The position numbers and the translations under genes were made by a program. Shown here piece after piece: positions 27,201 through 42,300 of a stretch of DNA of 64,000 nt. The notes beneath the pieces are model-generated. The model was not told the DNA's origin, did not search any database, and saw only the letters and a list, made by a program, of their open reading frames with translations. The first letter of the stretch is position 1; each line of letters opens with the position of its first letter. The DNA is from Nageia nagi (lineage: Eukaryota > Plantae > Pinophyta), in NCBI GenBank assembly GCA_050084985.1, contig JBITNC010000001.1:141422001-141486000 (forward strand). Reading direction: 5' to 3'.

Positions 27201-28328
27201 ATAGGCATAAAAAGTCATAAATCTACAATAAAATCAATAAATTCCCAACAATAATCTCATTTAGCTCTAATACCACATGATCTGTAATCACTAGATGCTT
27301 ATAGCATTCTTGGATTCTCAAATTCAAATTTTACAAACTTATTTTCTCCCTAATCAATATTCCCCATGCATAAATGCAATGGTTGATTCATATATGTTCA
27401 TATAAAAATAGTATTCTATACTACATTCATACAAAATGAAGAGAACATAGAAATATAACCATATTCAAGAGCATTTAGATCTTATTATTACTTAGAGAAG
27501 TACATTACAACCATAGGAGACTCTTTGTTTTGTAATCCTATGCTTGTATATTCTCCTACATAACAAAATGCACTCTCTTAGCCTATACAATAATATATTA
27601 TTTTCCATATTTTTTCTAATAATTTCTAGGAGGGAGTATTTACTTTGAAAATGAAGTTTATTCGACTAAAATAAAATTTTAACTTCCAAAATGACTTCAA
27701 AATGACTTTAGCCACTACAACTTTCTCTATACATGTTATGTTTGCTCAGTGTTGGCTCTAAGCTAAACATTGGCACTAGGATTAGTGTTGGTGCTGATAG
27801 AGTCAAGTATCGACTTGGGCTAACTATCAAGTGGTCATATCCTTGGGTCATTAAGTTAGGTCTTATCTAGCATTAACGCTAGTCTCTCTAATCAATACTT
27901 AGTTTTTGAAGCTAAAATTTGCATACTAATATGAAAAATATATTGAATACCAAATATTACATCTAAATACCTTAGAAACACCAACATGAGCACTGGTGCT
28001 AGTGTAACAACTTCCTTGAAAAAAGATAGTTTAGAGGAAAACATATTGGATGAAGTTTAAATATTCAACAAAGGTAGGTATGCATATACTCATTGGAAAG
28101 GTCTCTTAGACAAATATCTAATGCAAAAAGTTGAATAAACTCAATTGGACATATATATTAAAATTCATACCTTCCCAAAGATGACTAATCTATTTTATGA
28201 CTATTTTCTAGCCACAAATTTCCATAAAACCATTAGTGAATGATCCAAATACCACCAAGCTATAGGATTCACCAAATCCTCACTCCAATGATATTTTTTC
28301 TATAGTATATATGATTCATTTTGGATAA
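24291..28328 (-). mobile_element. Non-autonomous CRM-type Ty3/gypsy (gag-protease only)
   Basis: LTRs 24291-25357 and 27278-28328; PBS TGGTATTAGAGC 27264-27275; PPT region 25358-25380. The 1.9-kb interior holds gag, a CCHC remnant (CSNYKNIGHEEDKCW, ~26363-26408) and a protease region (ORF 25563..26045). No RT, RH or INT. Confidence 0.9.
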
Positions 28329-30397
<2,069 letters not shown>

Positions 30398-31060
30398 TGA
30401 ATTTTCCCTTGATTGTGATTTAGGGCTTATTGATATGATGCATTGTACCCTTGATTAAGATTAGGTATATAATTTTGATTAAGACTTTAACTATAATATA
30501 TATACATGATAAGGATTAAAATCTTATTGTGTATATACTTGGTTGAGATTATGCATTCACTTATTTAGGATTTGAAATTTGAATTTGTGATTGCACTTGG
30601 TAATGGTTTTATTGATACCCTTAGTTTATATATACTTTATTTGGATTAAGATTTGATTATGTATATACTTAATTAGATTTTGAAGATTGACTTTATTTTG
30701 ATAAGTTAGGATTATTTGATGTTATATTCTTTGAGAATTTTTTGATTAAAGTTTATTTGTATATGTTATTTAGGTATTTACTCACCAAACTATATCATCT
30801 TGTTGAGATTGATTTTGATACAAAATATTTGGTATCCTTAAGGTTTCTAGATTTACATCTACCTATTTCCTTTGTGTAACATTTTGATTAGGTATCACTA
30901 TTGTATTAGTTTGTACAACATTTTAATTCTTAGTTACCTTTTCCACTATTCAAATAATTGTTGCTTTTCTATATCAACATAATTTGAAGAACTTGATTGT
31001 ATCGATTTATTTTGTTGACATGATTGTGGTCCAAGAGTAGTATTAGTTGGTTATGCATGT

Positions 31061-31103
<43 letters not shown>

Positions 31104-33967
31104 GATAACTCACTTGATATAATTATGTTTCTTGGGATATTTGTGAAGATAATTGTTGCATTTATGGACATGGATTGTAAGTTGCAATAATTAGTTATGG
31201 TGATGAAAAATATGGTTGCAGAATGATTGATTGTACTAATGATTATGATTCAATTGGGAATTGTTCCTTAAATTTCCAATTTTAATTATAATTTGTTAAT
31301 TATTATTGATCATCTTTTGGATCATCATGAAAGGTTTACCTTTTTTTTAAGGAGTTAGAATGATTTGTAAATTTTGATGTTGATATTGTTGAGTAGAAAG
31401 TAATAACATGTTTTTAATTGAATAATAGGTATAATCAAGAATTATTCTCTTGATTCTTAAGGAAGATTTTGAAATATATATTATGAATTTGGATCTTGAA
31501 TTATTATTTCTTGATATTGAAAATTTATTATTATATGATATGGTAGATTAGGATCTAAATTTCTAAATGTTTTTGAAGCTTGATTGATTGAAGGATGAAA
31601 TGGTGATATAGGTTGGGATGAAGGTTTATAAGTTGAATTTGTAGGTGTGTTTTCTTGTGAATATTGGTGTTATGGGTATCCTAGAGAAAGGATTTAGGTT
31701 TTATTGTCATTGTTCTCTCTCTTTAGCTTACATCCTAGTTTCAACCATACCTATATAAGGATCTCTATCTATTTTCTAAAGTGGAGGTTTGGTGAAAATC
31801 AATACAAAAATAAAAATACTTATTAAAGTAAAGTACAATATCCTAATATTTCAAAAAATTTATAAGAAACTAAAAAAGAGATTATTCTTTTAAGTAAGTC
31901 TTTGATTTAATATATGTAATTTAAAGCAAAAAGCCCAAAATAGTCTTTGATGATAGCAATCCTATATGATCTAAACTTTATAAATTAAATATCCAAATTA
32001 ATCTATTACTAATCAGCCTTTAGGAAACTTCCTATGACTATGATCGATCATTGAGTGATTTATTATAAAATATGATCAATTTGATAATTATCAACTACAA
32101 ATCAACAAAGGTTGATAGGATCAAACTTTTAGATCCAACTCTTACTATCTCTAGAAAGATATTCTAAATAATTAACAAAAATCAATCCCAAAATTTGTTG
32201 AATTATATTAGAAAGTATACTAACATAAATGCCTCCAAAATCAAGAAGAGTTCTAAGAAGTCCTTCTAATTTTGGAGACTTTGTATGTGGTTCATGTCAA
32301 GTTCACCATTTTGTATACATTTCAATTTTTTTCAATAGTAAATTGATTAGTCTCAAACAAATAATACATCCAAGAACCTTATAAGTAGAATGTAATTAAC
32401 TATGATATAATAAAGAGATTAAGATAAAGATTTTATCCTTTAATTTGATCAAGATTTAGTGTTATGATATATTGATATATCCTTGAGCTTCATATACCTA
32501 CAAGATATGCATCAACAATTCTAATGCAATCTAATAATGATAGGGGGAGACCTTAACCTAGGTTCCTTAGGCCCTAAGGCTAAAAAGAAGTGTGTTACCC
32601 CAATCTTGGGTATGAGTAGGTCCCCTACAACCCAATCAAAGGGTGAAAAGAATACAAATATATAATATGAATTAATAAATGATATGATTGTTAGGAATTG
32701 ATCTTAATTTTTGGCTAACTCACATGCTTTCAGATCTCTATTTTCTAATTGATATGCAAAACGGTGATCTATAGGATTAGTCAATGGGAAGGAGATTGAC
32801 CATGGATAGTTGAATGATAAGAGGTTGATAACAATTAGTTGAACAATAAATAATTAATCATAGCCAATTGAATGATATATGAGTGATCATGACTAATAAA
32901 TCAATATATGATTGATCATAGGTAGCCAACTAGTCAATTTGAGAAAAATTGTAGTTGATCAATTAGTGGTCAATCTCATCTCTAGAGGCTGAAAAGATCT
33001 ATTTTGTTTAGAAATTGTAATTTAATATTGTGTAATATTTATTATGTAATATTTCTCTTTAATGTAAATTCACTTAATGCTTAAATTATATTTAGATACC
33101 TTAAAGTATTAAAGAAATAAAAATAGAAAGAGGAATAAATATAGAAACACCTTTAACCTAACCCTTGGGTGAAAAGAAAGTTAAAGGGTGGGTTAGTTCT
33201 TATAAATAAAGAGGTGATCCTCTTATTATGTAACTTGATCAAGCATAGTAATGTTTGTCTTGAGAATTTGTAGGAGAGTTATCTTTTGAGAAAGTAATAG
33301 AATGATAGTTCAAAGTGGATGTACTCCCAAGAGACGGAGGAACACTATACATCATGTGTTATCTTTTATGTGATTATTTCTTGCCTTTGCTAGATAGATG
33401 AATAGCACATTCTTGTTGAAGAAACTCCAAGGAGATCTTGGTTATATGAAATCCTTTAATTCCATCAAGTGGTATCAAATCCATTCTTGGAGTCTCCTCT
33501 TCAACAACCTTGAAGGTACATTCCTCTTCTTTGTCCATCAAATGTTGAGATAAAAATATTTGAAGGTATAATATACCTCTTCTTGTTAGATTTTTTTTGC
33601 TTTTATCATAGTCTAGCAAAATTTGATTAAAGAACATATTAGTTCAATTTTTACTATGCATTATTTTTTTTTCTAACAATTTGTTAGTTGCAAGTTTTCA
33701 ATAAAATTGCTTAATGTGTAGTAATAATATGCAAATTTTAAGTAAATTTACCTAAAATGAGGTTTTATAGCTTAAAATTGCAAATTTCTATTTAGTATAT
33801 AAAAATTTAAAAGTATTACAATTTTTTTATTTTTACAACACTGTTATACAAAATTTGGTTGCATGCAATTGGGTTCCATGCAAAATCTATTATAAAAAAA
33901 TTGAAAAAAAGTCTATTATTTTTTTTAGTTCCAATTTTTTTTGTAATTACAATTTAAAAAAGAATAA

Positions 33968-34176
33968 TCATGCATTATTGCATGCATGAGAAAAAAAAAG
34001 AAGAAAAAAACATGCATAATTGTGTGCATGAGAAAAAAAGAAGAAGAAAAAAGCATGCATTATTGCATGCATAAAAAAAAAGCATGCATGAAAAGAAATC
34101 ATGTATTATTGCATGCATGAAAAAATCATGCATTATTACATGCATGAAAGAAAATATGCATTATTGCATGCATGCA
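33968..34176. repeat. Array of CATGCATTATTGCATGCATG units separated by A-tracts
   Basis: About 7 degenerate units containing ~11 CATGCA hexamers in ~210 bp. Confidence 0.9.
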
Positions 34177-36158
34177 CAACCTATTAAAAAATAAGGGAAA
34201 AGTTTTTAAAAAAGAAAGTTTAAAAAAAAAAGATTTTAATTTTTTTTTTTTTTCAATAAGGCAATTCAAGTGCATGATAAGTTTACACTAACCTTTTATT
34301 TTCTCTAATATAATTTCAGTGAGAATCCTTTTAAGAAAAACAATAACAAAAGAGGTAAGTTTTTTTTTTTTTAAAGCAAAAGCAAAGGATTTTAAAAATG
34401 AGAAACTTTTTAAACAAGGGGCATGTTACCCATTTTTAGCATATGGGATATGGATTTTGTGTAAAAAAAGTAAATGGGACATGGTTTTCTAAAAACTAAA
34501 CATTCCTATTGAATTATCCTATATTTACCAATTTTTGCCATGTGGTAGTAAATGTTAACATCAATTTTTAATTTTTTGGTAAAGTATTTAAATACAAATG
34601 ACACTAGTTGGTTAAACTTACCATGTGCAAAATTTTGTTTTCCCACTTCATGAAAAGGAATGTGATCTTTCCTAATTTTTTAAAATCCTATATGAAAATT
34701 ATAACTTTGATGTATTTTTTAATGGCTTGAATAGCTTTTCTAAGTAATAATGTTGCAAATATATCATTCAATAAGTACCAAAATCTTTTCTTAAAGTTTT
34801 TGGATAAACTTTTAAGGTAAAATACTATGATAATTTGCAAATCATATTCCTTGTTTGGTATTTTTTAAACAAAATGATCAAAGTTAATTTACAAAGCAAG
34901 TAATTGCAACCATTATTGTGAAATCATTTTTTGTAAGTATTGCAAATTTTTTTAACATTGGACATATAAAATCAATTTAATTGATAACATTAATTGATAA
35001 TGTCAAATATATTGATAATTAAATTTGCATTATGTTAAAATGGAAACTTGTGGATGTGCATTATGAAAATTTATCTAATTTTTATGCACTATCCTTTGGT
35101 TGCAAATTAAGATTAATTTATATTGCATAAAAATTTATTATGTGCATTGAACTATGAATTGGCATTTGTTATATCAATGGTTAATATGGAAATTTTTGAA
35201 CTTCTAAAATAATAATGTTATGCACATCATTTGAAGTAAAAATTTCTGTAAGTTTTCTCTAAACATTACTATCCTCATTAATTATGAACATTAATTTTAT
35301 CCTAGTTGGATGGAATTTTTTTTTGTGCACACATTCTTGTCAAAATAGAGTTTGTAAACTTACTCAACATTGGAATTGTTGTGCATTAATCTTTAAATTT
35401 TTTTCTTGTGCACTTTAATTAATATACTTTTTGGAGTGAAAGTTTTTAAACTTTTTTCACAAGTTTTATTGAGGATATTGATAATGCAATATTAATCTTG
35501 CTTTGGAAAGGAAGTGTACAAGGACATTTGAGAAATGTTACATTTCTCTCTACATGTGTAGAGTTTTTTGTAATATGCTTCAATTTTTATGAAGTTACCC
35601 TTAAGGGGGAGTAAAATATACGTATACTTCTATTTTTTTGAAAAAATATCCATATTGATGGATTGTGCCATATTGCTAGCCAAAATATAAAATCCAAGCA
35701 TCTTTTTATCAAGAAATAATTTTTTGATAGGAATTTGTATTTATTATCCATAAAAATAAGACTTCATTGATAAATTTATCCTCAAGGAGTGAAGTAATGC
35801 TTACTTCATCCTTAGGAGGCTTATGACTATAAGTATTGGTTTGGCATCTTTGTGATGATTTATTGGGCACTATTTTCCATATTTTACTTCCATGTTGGGA
35901 AGTTAGATCCATGATGATGGATTGTTTGCCACATTGCTTCTTGTAATGTATGGAGTGGTTAAAAAGGTTTTCCTTTCACCATAACTACATTCTTGGAGTG
36001 GTTGAAAAAGTTTGACCTTCTCTATGAGTGTTGAATGTTAGAGTGGTTAAAAACATTTTTCCTTATCCACATTGCAATATTTGATGGAAAATTGCATCTT
36101 TGTTAGATGAATACCATTTTTTTCATCATATAAATCTTAAATAGTAGTATGGTTAAGA

Positions 36159-36416
36159 TGGCATTTTAACTCACTCTTGGTAAAATCAAGTTTATTTATT
36201 GTGGCATCTTGAATCACTCTTAGTAAATTCAAATTTATTTATTGTGGCATCTTGACTCACTCTTGGTAAAGTTAAGTTTATTTATTGTGCCATCTTGACT
36301 CACTCTTGGTAAAATTAAGTTTATTTATTATGGCATCTTGGCTCACTCTTGGTAAAGTCAAATTTATTTATTGTGGCATCTTGGCTCACTCTTGGTAAAA
36401 TCAAGTTTATTTAGTA
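36159..36416. repeat. 43-bp tandem array, 6 copies
   Basis: TGGCATCTTGACTCACTCTTGGTAAAATCAAGTTTATTTATTG starting at 36159, 36202, 36245, 36288, 36331 and 36374. Confidence 0.96.
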
Positions 36417-38133
36417 TGTGGCTTATAAATCTTGACTTTGTGTTTAGTCAAGTTATCATGTGTGGCTTAAAAATCTAAACTTGTGATTTAATTCTATTAG
36501 TTTTTGATCATTTATGACATGGTTATGTTAACATAGTCACATAAGTATTTCTTTGATGAAGTTGCATTCAAAAGGGAGAATTAAATTATGAAATATTATG
36601 TTATGATGATACCTTCATATACCTTCAAAAAATATAGAATAATGATCTAAAACAAACAAACACAAAAATCAAAAATCATTTTTTTTTTTTTAAAATTGAT
36701 GATATTTTTTATACCATTGGTTAAGAATGTATTAATAACACTTAGTTGATTATGCATATGTTATGACTTGGTATATTTGATCAATTTATGTATGACATAT
36801 ATATTATATGTGTATATATGATGTATCTAGTTGATTTTGTTTTTTGAGCTGCTTATAGCTTGTAGGTTCTTCTTGAGATTGCAGGTTACTTCGGGTATGT
36901 AGGCTTATGGAGGCTCTTCATGTCAACATGTTTAACAATTAATTTTATACAAAGAAACTATTTTTTGGTTAATGATTGTATTGTAAAACTATTTGTTAAA
37001 ATGGTTAAGTAGTTGAGCCATTGTAGAACCATCTATATTCTATAACTTTCTCAAAGATGTAAAAAGTTCTCATCTCCACTTATATCTTTTGGAGGAAAAC
37101 TCCTCTTACTTTCTCTTTATTTATCTTTTTGACTCTCTACCCAATTTTACATTAAGAGGGAGTGTTAGAAATTATAATGTAATATTATGTAATATTTCTT
37201 TTTAATATAAATTCACTTGATGCTTAAAGTATCTTTAGATACCATAAAGCATTAAAGAAATAAAAATAGAAAGAGGAATAAATATAGAAACACATTTAAC
37301 CTTACTCTTGGGTAAAATTAAAGTTAAAAGGTGGGTTAGTTCTTATAAATAAAGAGGTAATCCTTTAATTATCTAACTTGATCAAGCATGGTTATGCTTG
37401 TCTTGAGAATTTGTAGAAAAATTATCTTCTAAAAAAGTAATAAAATGATGGTTAAAAGTGGATGTACTCCCAATAGATTGAGGAACCACTATACATTATG
37501 TGTTATCTTTTGTGTGATTATTTATTGCCTTTTCTAGATGGATGAATGGCACATTCTTGTTGAAAAAATTCTAAGGAGGTCTTGGTTATATGGAATCTTT
37601 TAATTCCAACATTTTTTAGCTTGGAAACTAACTCAAGTGTTTTATTATGAGGTTAGGAAATTATTTTTCTATTGATGGGGGATTCATTGCATGGTTTTTT
37701 TACTTCATTTTGTTCTATAATTAAACTTATATGAATCTATATAAATATGTTGTAAGATTCATAGTAAAAAGTAAGAAAAAGGAAGGATTTGGAGAGTAGG
37801 GTATGTATATGAGAAAGAAAGAGAAGAGAGATTATTGTAGTGAGGATTATTATGTAACTAAAAATAAAGTACTATGTTATTGTTGTTGGTTATATCTCTT
37901 GGTGGATTTGTACTAATATAAATAAAGGATTAGATATTAATCATGGACATAGCCCATATTGGACGAACCATGGTACATGCTTATGTATTCTTTTGTTGAT
38001 ATTGTTTTCTTAATTATTCTTATAGTTTGGAGTAAATTAATTACTCAAAAATTTATTTTTATATATTGAATTATAGCAAGTGGTATTAGAGCTTTAAGTT
38101 TTAAAGGGAGGGATTCTGAATCAAGTGGGAGCA

Positions 38134-39340
38134 ATGGAAGAGCAAGGGAGGTTTTAAGTGGAGACATTTAATGAATATAAATATTAGGTTTTGGAAGATG
38201 CAAATGGATGAATACTTGTAGAAAAGGGAACTTTATTTACCCCTAAGGGAAAAGTTAAACCATAAACCCATGGACATGGATGATTCAAATTAGGAGCTCT
38301 TGTATAGAAAGGCTTTGGGTACTATGAGGTTGTGTCTAGGAGCAACTACTGCCTTAAACATATCTAAGGAAAAGATCATTAATGGTTTCATGGAAAAATT
38401 AGAAAACATATATGAGAAACCCTCAACATAAAACAAGGTATTTCTTATGAAAATTTATTTAATATGTAAATGTATGAAGGAGGTTCTATTTTGGATCATT
38501 TAAATGATTTCAACATTGTTACTAACCAATTGTAATCATCGAAGTTGGATTTTGATGATGAAGTAAGGGCCTTGTTATGATTGTATTTATTACCATAAAA
38601 ATTTAATAGTTTATTGATGGTGGTAAGTAACTCTTCTTTAAGTTATAATAAGTTAGTGTTTGTTGATGTGGTGGGCATCCTATTTAGTGAGGTATGCAGA
38701 AAAAAACTATTATGGAAATATTTGATAATCCTAGTGCATTACCTATAGATAATAGAGGAAGATAGAGGGAGAGAGGTGAACATCATAATTAAGGAAAGGA
38801 AGAATGAAAATACAATGTAAAAGGTAACATTAAAACTTGGGATTGTGGTAAGAAGGTATACTTCAAGAGGGATTATTAGGCTAGAAAGTAAAATGGAAAA
38901 GAAAGCAATAGGAATGGAGGCAATAATCATGAGGTTAACATGCTTGGTGAATTTATTGGGGATCTTTTGATATTATCTCTAGATATGAATAATGATTATT
39001 GGGTATTGGATTCAAGTGATTTTTTCCATACAACTTCTCATAAGGGTTATTTTTTTGAGTATGTTCAAGGAGATTTTGGATAGGCTAAGTTGGGTAATGA
39101 TCAGTAATGTAGGATAGTTGGTATGGAGAAGTTAAATATTCAACTACCTAATTTGAGTTAGTGGGTGAAAAATAAGGTGAGGTACATCCCAAATTTGAAA
39201 AGCAATCTCATTTAAAAAAGCAAACTTGATGGTGAAAAGTATATGATGGTATTCCAAAATAAAACTTAGAAGGTGTTTATGGGTTCAATGATTGTTGCTA
39301 GAGGTGACATGATTGGTATGCTTATTTTCTTACTAGCTCT
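38134..39340 (+). pseudogene. copia gag-protease remnant
   Basis: MEEQGRF*VETFN..FWKMQMDEYL from ATG 38134, homologous to ORF 238..651. Decayed zinc knuckle WDCGKKVYFKRDY (~38838); protease WVLDSSDFFHTT (39000); VRYIPNLKSNLI (~39177). Confidence 0.88.
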
Positions 39341-42300
39341 TATAAAAATTCTATTAATTTATATTATATAGGTAGAAATGAAATAAAGGGACATAAAAAG
39401 TTTGGGCTTAAAGGTGAAGTAAAAGTTTTTGAAAAGAAGAAGGTTGGAAAGAGTGATTCTATAGAAAAGGTAAGGAATATGTGGATACTAATGGTGTAAA
39501 GAGGTGTTCAACATTAGGAAAAGGAAATTCGACTAAGGGATATTGAATGATGTGTAAGGGTAAGTCAAGGTTTTCACATAGTTTAATATTTATTACATAC
39601 TAATGGCTATGAGTATTTTATGTATGAATAATCCAATAAGGAGTGGGATCTTAGGAGGAACAAGTTACCTAGAGGTATTGATGGTGTCCATGATGTTTGT
39701 GTATATAGGTTAGAAATGAAGGAAAAAGATTTGTGCAAGGAAAGATGTAGAATAAAAGTATTTACACAAGGTGATGGTATGATCCATGGAGTTGGAGGCA
39801 TTGATCATTAGAGGTTCATGGAACATCAAAGTGAAGGAGAAAAGGAAATTGATAAGGAGGAATTGATGGTTATCCCAATTTTAGTTGATCTCAAGGAATG
39901 AGATATTAAGATGAGCATATCCAAATATAAGGTTCTATGAAATTATAAGGAATTAGTATCATATTAAGATATTGTTAGGAATTAAGCCTATTTTTTGGCT
40001 AACTATCATGTTTTGAGCTCTCTGTTTGCTAATCAACATGCACAAGATTGAGTTATAAGACTAGTAAGTGGTAAAATGGCCAACCACAACTAATTGACTA
40101 GAAGGAGGCAAATCATGGCTAGTAAGTTGATAGATGATCGATCATGGCTTGTTGGATGATAAATAACCAATGAAATCCAATCATATGGAACATGACCAAT
40201 CATGGTTAGTTTGGTGACTAATCCAAGAAAAAAATGTAGTTATACTAATGGTGGTTAATCTCATCTCTAGAGGTATAAATGCTCAATTTTGGGCTTGGAA
40301 ACTCAATCTTTCTTTATTTTAATTTCAAAAATAATATTGCCATTGATAGAGGATATATTGCATGATTTTTTTACTTTAGTTTGGAATATAATTAAGCTTG
40401 TATAAATCTCTATGAATATGTTGTAAGATTCATTATAATAACTAAGTAAAAGGAGGAAATTAGAGAGTAGATTTTAGATATGAGTGAGAAAGAGAAGAGA
40501 GATTATTGTTGTAAGGATTATTTTGTAACCAAAGATAAAGTACAATGATTTTATTATTGGTTATATTTCTTGGTTTCCTAGGATTGATAAAAATAAATAA
40601 CTAGATATTATCAATGGATGCATCTCACATTGGTGAACCACGTTATATACTTGTGTATTTTCTTGATGATCTAGTTTTCTTATTTCTTCTTCTAGTTTTG
40701 AGTAAATTAATAACTCAAAAATTATTTTTATATATTTTATCATAATAATATATGGTTAGTTTTACAATAAAAATTTTAAAAAATAATAAATAATATGATA
40801 ACAATGATGTTATGCTAAATGATATTTGCCAATGTATCAATAAATAAAATAATGTTCAAATCTACTATCATGAAATGATGTAAACCTAGATTCAAGAGGG
40901 TATTAGCCTACCCATAAAGATAATTATGACTTTTTACCATGAAAATACTAAAGGGTATGTTCATATTTTATGATAATTTAAATCTAACATAAATTTAACA
41001 TGAATTTAGCCTAAAATATAAGCTAAATAAAAATAAGATGCAAGATAAATAACATAAAAGATATCAATGTCCACCAAATTGGTACAAGATCCTTGTAAGA
41101 ATGCTAAATACGTTTACCTAATCATGCAATTCATAAATATAATGAAGCATATAACATAATATAATAAGAATTGATCATAAAATATGTCAAACCATGGAAA
41201 CAAGGGGTGAGATCATCAAATTTAAAGAGATTATATAATGAATCCTTGTTAAAACACTAAGTATGCTGAAGATGTTATCAAATGTGATAAAATGATCATA
41301 TACAAAGTGTTCAATAAAATATCTTTAAAGTTTAGAATGCTTGTTGCTAGATCAAAATGATGCTCAAACTTTCTTATATAATAGACTATCTCAAGACTAG
41401 TTGGTTGACTGTAGGGTCGGTAGACCAATTGGAATGTAAATGATTTTGATAATTTATATCCCAATACACTTTTTATTTCAAACTAATATAATATGATAAA
41501 TAGCCATGGTATTGATTTAATATTTTATATGATGCCATTGACCAAGTATTACCTTGATAAGATAAAATATGTAATTTTAGGGATTCTATAGGATCAACAA
41601 GTATTCTATGGATTATTCCATTGTACTCATTATTTAGAAAATAGTGAAGGGTAAAAATGATATAACACATATCATGGATCTAAGGTCATCTGAGTAGAAT
41701 CTTGTAATGGAATTTACCTTTAATGATATAGAAAAGTGAATGCAATATTTGGGCTACCATGAAGATGGGTAGGATAACTATTCCAAGTGTTGGAAAAGGA
41801 GAATCATTTAAAGCTCTTAGTATGGTATTTGGATATGTAATGATATTCAAAGGATTTTTCAAATCTATAATAAAAATATTGGATATTATATTTAGGCTTG
41901 ACCATTGTATATAAGATTTATTTTAGTCCAATACCCATCAATACAAATGATAATATATAAAGGTATCTCTTTCTCATCTAATGATAAGTTAGAGGAGATT
42001 TTAGAATCATAAAAGGTAAGATATGATTTAGCCAAATAATGAATATTACCAATGAAGTTGGAAAATGCATAATTATCATCTTTTTTAAGTTTAACATTTT
42101 GAAGACTTCAATTAAAGCTTAGCAATAATGGGTGAAGTGTGCATAAGATTATAAAAAGACATATTGGTAGGTGTAGCATAGAGATATATCATAATGGTGG
42201 AATAGAAAAAAGTAATCGAAAAACCCTGATTATGATTTTTATTATATCCATGATTTAGACTATAAGGAGGTATCGATGTACATAGAGGGCTGACTAGGGT

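Larger units (their letters stand above)
33005..37611 (+). mobile_element. Non-coding LTR element (LARD-like) nested in the copia LTR
   Basis: LTRs 33005-33467 and 37163-37611; PBS TGGTATCA 33470-33477; PPT AAGAGGGAG 37154-37162; TSD TATTT/TTTTT. The flanks rejoin to match the intact 3' LTR at ~40265-40305. Confidence 0.92.
32689..40747 (+). mobile_element. Ty1/copia (Tnt1/Tork-like) deletion derivative, gag-protease only; 5' LTR split by a nested element
   Basis: 5' LTR 32689-33004 + 37612-38078; 3' LTR 39973-40747 (both start TGTTAGGAATT). PBS TGGTATTAGAGC 38081-38092. Confidence 0.88.

Noticed and set aside
30398-31750. Third antisense PMD gene within element C
   Set aside because: No NTFH/LED or other PMD motif found; only degenerate TATACTTGATTAAGA-like repeats.
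36159-36416. CRISPR-like appearance of the 43-bp and 35-bp arrays
   Set aside because: Head-to-tail repeats with no unique spacers and no cas genes, in a eukaryotic TE context.
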